A stretch of 30,871 nt of DNA, from positions 1-30,871 of IMG/VR virus record IMGVR_UViG_3300012940_001451. One strand, 5' to 3'. The notes below the pieces were generated by a model. It made no database searches, was not told the origin of the DNA, and was given only the letters and a program-made list of their open reading frames with translations. Both the position numbers and the translations under genes were made by a program. The stretch comes from a virus. Its lineage: Duplodnaviria; Caudoviricetes. Below, piece by piece: positions 1-5,778 of this stretch. How positions within the stretch are numbered: position 1 is the first letter of the stretch; each line of letters starts with the position of its first letter.

Positions 1-1158
1 ATGGGAGCGATGCACAGACTTACCGCGAAGGCCGTTTCTTCGCTTCCGGCAGGCAAGCACGCCGATGGCGGTGGACTGTGGCTTTACAAGCGCGAAAATG
101 GTGCACAATGGGTGCTCCGTTTTACGATCCATGGCAGACGCCGGGAGATGGGACTCGGCTCTGCAACCCTTGTATCGCTTAAGGAAGCGCGGGAGACGGC
201 AAGCGACTGCCGAAAGGTGGTACGCGCGGGGATGGACCCAATCAAGGAGCGTGCTCGCAAGCGCCGGGAAGACGCTCGAAACATCCACCTCCTCAAGGAC
301 GTTGCCGACGACGCTTTCGAGGCCCGCAAAGCCGAACTGAAAGGCGACGGCAAGGCCGGCCGCTGGTTCACGCCGCTGGAGCTGCACGTCCTTCCGAAGC
401 TCGGCAAGGTTCCGGTAGCCGACCTGGACCAGAAGGACATTCGCGATGTGCTGGCGCCAATCTGGCACACCAAGGCCGAGACAGCGAGGAAAGCACTCAA
501 TCGGCTTGCCATTGTCCTGCGCCACGCCGCTGCGCTCGGACTTGATGTGGATCTACAGGCGACGGAGAAAGCCCGAGCACTGCTTGGCAAGTCACGTCAT
601 AAGGCGACGAACATTCCGGCGATGCCGTGGAAGGACGTTCCGGCCTTCTACCAGTCGCTTTCGGACGGCACGGTCACGCACCTTGCGCTGCGGCTCCTGA
701 TCCTCACTGGCGTCCGCTCCGGGCCGCTGAGGCATCTCCATGAAGATCAGATCGACGGCAATGTCTGGACGATCCCCGGCGAGGCCATGAAGGGCAGGAA
801 GGACGCAACGACAGACTTCCGAGTGCCATTGTCGAAAGAGGCACTGTCCGTGATCGATCAGGCTCGTCGGCACGCCCGCGATGGGTTCCTGTTTCCAAGC
901 ACGAAGCACGGCGTCATCAGTGACATGACCATGAGCCAGCTCATGGCGCGGGCGAAGATGGACTATCGGCCGCATGGCTTCCGCTCATCCGTACGAGACT
1001 GGATAGCCGAGACGACAGACACGCCACACGAGGTTGCTGAGACGATCCTCGGTCATACTGTCGGCGGCGCGGTGGAGCGCGCTTATCGGCGGACGGATTA
1101 TCTGGAGCAGCGGCGCAGTGTCATGGAAGAATGGGGAGCGTTCGTCGCTGGAAAATAG
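1..1158 (+). CDS. int: Tyrosine recombinase, P4-like phage integrase (start may be ATG at 10)
   Basis: N-terminal arm-binding motif (HADGGGLWL...RRREMGLGS...VSLKEARE); catalytic residues in GVRSG, MKG, HGFR, LGH and AY are intact. Confidence 0.95.
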   Translation: MGAMHRLTAKAVSSLPAGKHADGGGLWLYKRENGAQWVLRFTIHGRRREMGLGSATLVSLKEARETASDCRKVVRAGMDPIKERARKRREDARNIHLLKDVADDAFEARKAELKGDGKAGRWFTPLELHVLPKLGKVPVADLDQKDIRDVLAPIWHTKAETARKALNRLAIVLRHAAALGLDVDLQATEKARALLGKSRHKATNIPAMPWKDVPAFYQSLSDGTVTHLALRLLILTGVRSGPLRHLHEDQIDGNVWTIPGEAMKGRKDATTDFRVPLSKEALSVIDQARRHARDGFLFPSTKHGVISDMTMSQLMARAKMDYRPHGFRSSVRDWIAETTDTPHEVAETILGHTVGGAVERAYRRTDYLEQRRSVMEEWGAFVAGK

Positions 1159-1184
1159 AAAGCCCCGTCTCGGAAGACGGGGCT
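1150..1184 (-). terminator. Intrinsic terminator of the minus-strand sRNA/pemK unit
   Basis: On minus strand: 10-bp perfect stem AGCCCCGTCT-TCCG-AGACGGGGCT followed by TTCTATTTTCC; no U-tract on plus strand. Confidence 0.85.
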
Positions 1185-1272
1185 GTCAGCCTTTAGGCTT
1201 GGTGTCGCCTTATGTGACTCGCCACCTCTCGGTGGACTTGAGGCGCACTACGGTTTCCCGCAAGCGCGATCG
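1152..1272 (-). ncRNA. Putative ~120-nt structured small RNA downstream of the PemK/MazF-like gene
   Basis: Lies between a sigma70-like promoter (1306-1278) and a terminator; hairpins GCGCTTGCGG-GAAA-CCGTAGTGCGC, CCACC-GAGA-GGTGG (both GNRA loops) and AGCC-TAAA-GGCT; no plausible ORF. Confidence 0.7.
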
Positions 1273-1277
1273 TTGCG

Positions 1278-1306
1278 AATATGATGCTTCACAGGTGTTC
1301 CGTCAA
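1278..1306 (-). promoter_or_regulatory. Sigma70-like promoter overlapping the 3' end of the pemK-like gene
   Basis: TTGACG (1306-1301) - 17 nt - CATATT (1283-1278) on minus strand. Confidence 0.7.
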
Positions 1307-1717
1307 GGGATCGAGACCCAGCGCAAATAGGACGGACCTGCGCACTTTCGCGAGTTCGTCGGGCACCAGGACCATCTTGAGGTATTTTCTCTTTCCGCTG
1401 CGCGGATCACGCCCCGTATACGGCATGGTCAGCCGACGATAGGCAACAGTCGCCAGCATATCGGCCTTGGCGAACTTGAATTGACCTTCATAGGGTGGCG
1501 GCGCACTGTAAGGAAGCGCCACCTTGCACTGGTATCGAATGCCAGATCGCGGAGGCGTCGTGCTCAACGGCACGACGGTGCAAAGGCCGTCCCTGTGTGG
1601 GAGGCGCGGTGATACGACCACAACCAACCGCTCCTTGACCATCTCTGGTTCGCGGAAGCCTGTGTCATAGTTGCAGATGAGGATTTGCCCCGCCAAGGGC
1701 GCATAGCGCATTTCCAT
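1289..1717 (-). CDS. PemK/MazF-family endoribonuclease toxin, no adjacent protein antitoxin gene
   Basis: GQILIC...GFREPEMVKERLVVVVS...CTVVPLSTT motifs, with the Arg and Thr/Ser positions of the MazF active site. Confidence 0.85.
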   Translation of the reverse strand: MEMRYAPLAGQILICNYDTGFREPEMVKERLVVVVSPRLPHRDGLCTVVPLSTTPPRSGIRYQCKVALPYSAPPPYEGQFKFAKADMLATVAYRRLTMPYTGRDPRSGKRKYLKMVLVPDELAKVRRSVLFALGLDPLTEHL

Positions 1718-1723
1718 GCGCCA

Positions 1724-1752
1724 GCTATAGATGATTCTTGGACTTCAAGCAT
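1724..1752 (-). promoter_or_regulatory. Possible promoter giving a leaderless pemK mRNA
   Basis: ATGCTT - 17 nt - TATAGC - 6 nt - ATG(1717); no Shine-Dalgarno before the ATG; the -35 is weak. Confidence 0.4.
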
Positions 1753-1761
1753 GGGACCGCC

Positions 1762-1877
1762 TAGCAGGTAGTTCATCCACATAGGCCGTCCATCGTGTAT
1801 GATATTCTCCGGGATGCCGCGGAGCTGCACAGCGCTCGAGCCAACCTTATCCGACTTGGTTTCGCCCTTCTTGGCAT
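1762..1877 (-). pseudogene. Frameshifted remnant of a small rhizobial hypothetical protein
   Basis: MPRRAKPSRIRLARALCS in one frame continues as RGIPENIIHDGRPMWMNYL in another; resembles from memory a small protein family with ARALC...G.PE....G.PMW..YL. Confidence 0.45.
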
Positions 1878-1883
1878 GACCCA

Positions 1884-2144
1884 TCACTCGCGATAGCGAC
1901 CTTTCTCGCACCAATAATCAACTGTGACGCCCGGTTGAGATTTAAACAATCTCGCAGCTATCTGGCAGTTATCAAGATTGTAGGTTCCGGTCTCTTTGGC
2001 GTCGAATGTCGCCATATGTATCCGCATCACCCCAACAGGTGACGCCCTGTATAATGTATAAACATCGCCTCCATCAAACCAATCGCAACCAGAGAGGAAA
2101 ATCAAAAAAGTAGCAACGAAGATGACTCCGATCTTGTCAGCCAT
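1884..2144 (-). CDS. Small lipoprotein (86 aa), possible superinfection-exclusion factor
   Basis: Start re-called at ATG 2144; MADK + hydrophobic stretch + lipobox LSGC; two further Cys. Confidence 0.75.
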   Translation of the reverse strand: MADKIGVIFVATFLIFLSGCDWFDGGDVYTLYRASPVGVMRIHMATFDAKETGTYNLDNCQIAARLFKSQPGVTVDYWCEKGRYRE

Positions 2145-2151
2145 TGCCGGT

Positions 2152-2493
2152 TCACTCGCTGTTTGCCGGAAGGCAATAGTACCTCGATTGAGGATATTTC
2201 TGCATATAAAGGGTAGCGAGGTCTTGGCAGAATTCCAAATCTCCCATGAGGCCAAAAACGAGAGCGACCCGATCGGACTCGCCGAGGAAATTTGTCTTTG
2301 CCAGCCAATAATCGGTCGCTCCGCCGATCTTTTTCTTTCTCACGAGGTCGGTAAGTGTACCAAGCTGATCTTGGTAGGTCGCATTGCCTGTCCACTTACG
2401 GATATCGCGCATTGGCGTCCCAAAAACAGCCCAAGCGCCAACGATGATCAGGATCATCACACCGAGACCTGATCCCTCGTCGCTCATCCCCAA
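2152..2493 (-). CDS. Membrane-anchored hypothetical protein (start may be ATG 2487)
   Basis: N-terminal TM segment GLGVMILIIVGAWAVF; C-terminal Cys pair; GGAGG upstream; 7 nt from the next gene. Confidence 0.7.
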   Translation of the reverse strand: MGMSDEGSGLGVMILIIVGAWAVFGTPMRDIRKWTGNATYQDQLGTLTDLVRKKKIGGATDYWLAKTNFLGESDRVALVFGLMGDLEFCQDLATLYMQKYPQSRYYCLPANSE

Positions 2494-2552
2494 GCCCTCC
2501 CCATAGCCGTGACTTTTTCAGGACGTTGCTTTTCGGCTCCGCATCATCAAGC

Positions 2553-3098
2553 TTAGCAATTTGGGGGAGCGCTGGCGAGATCACCCTTGATCTTCTCCCA
2601 CGCCGCCAGTCCAGCCTCGGTCAGCACGTACGCGCCGATGCGGTCTGGATATTTCGCTTGGGGCCGCGTTTCCAAAAAGCCGCGCACCAACGGACGCTCC
2701 TCGGTGGCCGGCCCGCAGTTTTGGATGTGCCTCCAAGGCACAGCAACTCCGATCCCGTAGACCGCCAATTGCTGTAACGCATCGCGCTCACGCTTATTGA
2801 GCGGCGATCCGACCGGTTCCTCTTCCCACCTCGCCTCGTCCGGTTCATGGGGCGCGGCCGATTCCCTTTTCCATTTGTTTGCCGAGCCGAATCTGCCCTT
2901 GCGGCTTTCCAGCAATTGATCAATGCGATTGATAGGGCGTTCTCCCCAGCCCGGTCCTATTAAACCGGCTGCCATCTTCTCCGGCACAAGGCGTATCGTG
3001 ACATCGCCAATCTGCACTACCGGAATGTACCCCGCCTGCGCTGCTCCATTGCAGAGGGCGGTTACCTGGCGGGCGGTTAGGTCGAGCTTTCTTGGCAT
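2553..3098 (-). CDS. Hypothetical protein, possible C-terminal winged-helix domain
   Basis: Long ORF co-oriented with the leftward operon; LNKRERDALQQL...RGFLE...YVLTEAGLAAW looks wHTH-like; start uncertain (3116 or 3098). Confidence 0.6.
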   Translation of the reverse strand: MPRKLDLTARQVTALCNGAAQAGYIPVVQIGDVTIRLVPEKMAAGLIGPGWGERPINRIDQLLESRKGRFGSANKWKRESAAPHEPDEARWEEEPVGSPLNKRERDALQQLAVYGIGVAVPWRHIQNCGPATEERPLVRGFLETRPQAKYPDRIGAYVLTEAGLAAWEKIKGDLASAPPNC

Positions 3099-3174
3099 TT
3101 GCGCAAGAAGCCGCAAAACATCAATGAAGGCGTGGCCGAAGTGGCGGCAGGATAATTTTCCGCTGGCGGGACGT

Positions 3175-3606
3175 TCAGTCTTTAAGCTTTGGCAGACGAT
3201 CTACGAATCCCGCGCTCGCCAAGCTGGAAAACCGCTCTCTGAGCTTCCCAAGGTGTTCGCTTATCCGTTTCCTAAAGAGCAAGTCGTCGCCCGCGTCCAA
3301 TTCTTCAGCGCGAGCGAGAAGCTCGTCAAACTCCTCCAAAATATCTTTGGTGGTCGGTATTTGGGGATAAAGCGAGTCTAGAGTTTCCCTGATTTCGTCG
3401 GCAACTGACCGCCCCTGACTATGGGCGAAAAAGGCAAGCCGATTTACTAGATCCTGTGGAAGCGAAAAAGTCAGGCCGAACGACTCTTCAAGTCGCCCGA
3501 CAATCTCAGAAGTGAGTGATCGCTTTGCGCGTGATGCTGCCGCCTCAAGCTTTTCCTTGAGTTCGGCCGGCATCCGCAAATTCACCTGTGGATCGTTTCT
3601 CGCCAT
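3175..3606 (-). CDS. Arc-family (ribbon-helix-helix) repressor with two RHH units; probable immunity repressor
   Basis: DPQVNLRMPAELKEKLEAAASRAKRSLTSEIVGRLEESF then LTFSLPQDLVNRLAFFAHSQGRSVADEIRETL; occupies the cI position. Confidence 0.85.
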   Translation of the reverse strand: MARNDPQVNLRMPAELKEKLEAAASRAKRSLTSEIVGRLEESFGLTFSLPQDLVNRLAFFAHSQGRSVADEIRETLDSLYPQIPTTKDILEEFDELLARAEELDAGDDLLFRKRISEHLGKLRERFSSLASAGFVDRLPKLKD

Positions 3607-3612
3607 GCGGCG

Positions 3613-3641
3613 TCTTTAAAGCACCGTGCTATTGACTGCAA
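3613..3641 (-). promoter_or_regulatory. Putative PRM-like promoter giving a leaderless repressor mRNA
   Basis: TTGCAG (3641-3636) - 17 nt - TAAAGA (3618-3613) - 6 nt - ATG(3606); no SD. Confidence 0.5.
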
Positions 3642-3672
3642 TAAAGCTCCGTGCTTTAAAGCACCGTGCTTA
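3618..3672. promoter_or_regulatory. Three palindromic operators, consensus AAAGCAC-C-GTGCTTT
   Basis: AAAGCACCGTGCTAT (3618-3632), AAAGCTCCGTGCTTT (3643-3657), AAAGCACCGTGCTTA (3658-3672) between the divergent arc genes; a TTGACT -35 at 3632-3637. Confidence 0.85.
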
Positions 3673-3695
3673 ACAAACGTGGTTAAGGAGTCACT

Positions 3696-3941
3696 ATGGC
3701 ACGAAACGACCCGCAGGTTCCTGTGCGTCTGCCGCCTGATGTCAAAGCCTTCATCGAGGCCGAAGCTCAGGAGAACGCCAGTTCTAAGAACAGTGAGATT
3801 GTCCGTGCCATTCGTGCGGCCATGAAAGCAAAAGGCGTCTCTGAATTTATCCACACCCCTCGCGGGTCGGATAATTTTCAGAACGAAAACGGCGCGGCAT
3901 CGGCTGCAACCGACCCGCGCCACGTCACCATCAACCCCTGA
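3696..3941 (+). CDS. Arc-family DNA-binding protein in the cro position
   Basis: DPQVPVRLPPDVKAFIEAEAQENASSKNSEIVRAIRAAM; TAAGGAG SD. Confidence 0.85.
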   Translation: MARNDPQVPVRLPPDVKAFIEAEAQENASSKNSEIVRAIRAAMKAKGVSEFIHTPRGSDNFQNENGAASAATDPRHVTINP

Positions 3942-3953
3942 TGAGGATTGGAG

Positions 3954-4421
3954 ATGAACTTGACCGTACATACACCCGATACCGTCGAGCAGCAAGACCG
4001 CGACCCGCAAGCGCCTCACGGTCCGCTGGCTTTCAACATCGATATGGCGGCGCTGCGGGCCCTTAAGATGAAGGAGCTTAACGACTTCCGCTCCATCATG
4101 CACACCGTCTCGGAAGTGCTTTGCGGCTTTAGTTGTCAGCCGAGGTTTGGCGACGACGAAGCCCGCGACGGCATCAACAATGCCGGTAGTCTTATCAACG
4201 ACATCCTCGACTTCATAAATGGCTACGAGCAAGCGGCGGTGAACATCGCAAGGTCTGCGAAACCGGCTACCGCTGGTGAGATCGAGTACAGGGCTTGGAC
4301 CATCCTCGGCTTCGAAGCCGACATGGCCGACGGGCTGCACGATATCGCGATAACAGCCGTGCAGGCCGCGAAGGATGAAGCAAAGGCCGCGTTTCAAGAG
4401 CGCCGTGCGAGGTCAGCATGA
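3954..4421 (+). CDS. Hypothetical early phage protein
   Basis: GAGGA SD before ATG 3954; host-like codon usage; ATGA coupling to the next gene. Confidence 0.75.
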   Translation: MNLTVHTPDTVEQQDRDPQAPHGPLAFNIDMAALRALKMKELNDFRSIMHTVSEVLCGFSCQPRFGDDEARDGINNAGSLINDILDFINGYEQAAVNIARSAKPATAGEIEYRAWTILGFEADMADGLHDIAITAVQAAKDEAKAAFQERRARSA

Positions 4422-4657
4422 GCCGCTTCATCCCTCAATCCGACATGACCAGGGACCAGCTCGTTCAATGCTCTTACGATGTCATAGCGATCCTGCATCT
4501 GTGCGACCACGCAGCCTGGTCGATCTGCAACGGATCGGGACATATAGAAACAATTGCCGACAGCGTCGGAACCGCCACCCGACTGGCTCTCGACCTAATG
4601 GCAGTAGTTCACGATGCGCTTGAGGCCCATGAAGGATTGAAAGGCGGCTCCGCATGA
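4418..4657 (+). CDS. Hypothetical early phage protein
   Basis: ATGA overlaps at both ends; C-terminal GGSA encodes the next SD region. Confidence 0.7.
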   Translation: MSRFIPQSDMTRDQLVQCSYDVIAILHLCDHAAWSICNGSGHIETIADSVGTATRLALDLMAVVHDALEAHEGLKGGSA

Positions 4658-4845
4658 CCGCCGTCGATCCCCTTCTCACCGCAAAGGAAGTCGCGGCCAC
4701 GCTCAAAATCAGCGTGGCGACCCTCTACCGCGAAATGGACCGGGGCACCCTGCCCCGGCCTGTCAAGCTCGGTGCGTGCTCGCGCTGGCCCCAGTCAGAA
4801 ATCCTCGCCGCAGTGAAGGCGGCGGGAGAAAGGCGGGCCGCGTGA
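4654..4845 (+). CDS. alpA: AlpA-family HTH regulator / excisionase
   Basis: LLTAKEVAATLKISVATLYREMDRGTLPRPVKLG..SRWPQSEI. Confidence 0.88.
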   Translation: MTAVDPLLTAKEVAATLKISVATLYREMDRGTLPRPVKLGACSRWPQSEILAAVKAAGERRAA

Positions 4846-5066
4846 CCATAGTCGACGATGCGATGAACGCCGAACAGGAGCGCGCCTTCTACGAATGGCG
4901 CGACCTACGCAACAAGGCGATGGAGACGGGCGACAAGGCCGATGCTCACGCCGCCGGCAAAGCATTCGCCCGCTTTCACTACACCTTCGTTGAGAACGCC
5001 TTCCGGCCATCGAGCAGGATCATTCCTTTCCCGCGCCGGTTTCCTGATTTCGGAGGAGCCGCCTGA
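4842..5066 (+). CDS. Hypothetical phage protein
   Basis: Start re-called at GTG 4842 (GTGA overlap with the alpA stop); TGATG overlap with the next gene; ends IIPFP...GGAA. Confidence 0.65.
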   Translation: MTIVDDAMNAEQERAFYEWRDLRNKAMETGDKADAHAAGKAFARFHYTFVENAFRPSSRIIPFPRRFPDFGGAA

Positions 5067-5776
5067 TGCCTTCCGGAAAAGCTCGCCGGGTCGACTATTC
5101 CCCGGATGAATACATCGCTGGTGTCGGCGGCGTTCTCGATGCCGCCGAACAAGGCATCTACTGGATGATCTGTTCTCTGATCATGTCGGAAGGCGGCGCC
5201 ATCGAACAGAATGACAGGCGTCTCGCCGGCCTGTGCCTTCGTCGTCCCGCCGAGGTCAGAAAGATCATCGACGGGCTCGTCGACAAGGGCAAAATCCGGC
5301 GGCTGGACGATGGCAAACTTGTGCAGAAACGTGCCCTAAGTGAGGTTGAAAAGTCTCTCAATCGTATCTCAAACGCATCTGAAAATGGTGCGAAAGGCGG
5401 ACGACCAAAAGGAAAAAGCAAGCAAAAACAACAGAACTCGAAAGCGGACGGTTTTTCTGACGAAAAACTATCACTAACTATCAACCACCAACCTTATTAT
5501 TCAGAAGCTAAAGCTTCTGCGCAGAGCGCGCCTCCGAATTTCAAAAATGCGCTCTTTTCGGAAGGGCTGGAATCTCTCATTCGGCAGACGAAAAAAACCG
5601 AGGAGCCGGCACGGCGGCTCCTCGGCAAATGGCTCAAGGTCGCCGGCAACGATCCGCGAAAGGTTCTGACCAAGATCAAGCAGGCAGAGGCCGATCAGGT
5701 CGCTGATGTCACGGCCTGGGTGCAGGCAGCGCTGACCACCGACGAAGAAAAAGCGTTCCTGTGGGCAAGAGGCTGA
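5066..5776 (+). CDS. DUF1376/YdaU-family replication initiator
   Basis: DYIAGVGG.LDAAEQGIYWMIC...RRLAGLC...ASENGAKGGRPK; AT-rich low-complexity linker ~5400-5510; precedes the helicase. Confidence 0.8.
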   Translation: MPSGKARRVDYSPDEYIAGVGGVLDAAEQGIYWMICSLIMSEGGAIEQNDRRLAGLCLRRPAEVRKIIDGLVDKGKIRRLDDGKLVQKRALSEVEKSLNRISNASENGAKGGRPKGKSKQKQQNSKADGFSDEKLSLTINHQPYYSEAKASAQSAPPNFKNALFSEGLESLIRQTKKTEEPARRLLGKWLKVAGNDPRKVLTKIKQAEADQVADVTAWVQAALTTDEEKAFLWARG

Positions 5777-5778
5777 CG

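Noticed and set aside
1-60. attL/attR core sequence
   Set aside because: The window starts at the int start codon and ends inside the lysis region, so no flanking direct repeat can be seen
1152-1272. tRNA or att-site tRNA fragment next to the integrase
   Set aside because: No acceptor stem, T-loop GTTCRA or CCA; hairpin layout is not a cloverleaf
3618-3672. Repeats as a mini CRISPR array or type III antitoxin repeats
   Set aside because: Only 15 bp, spacers of 10 and 0 nt, palindromic and between divergent regulators; no cas genes
3669-3687. CTTAAC-N7-GTTAAG as a CtrA box
   Set aside because: The TTAA half-sites are 9 nt apart, not the 7 nt of TTAA-N7-TTAA; better read as a small hairpin overlapping the SD of the right arc gene
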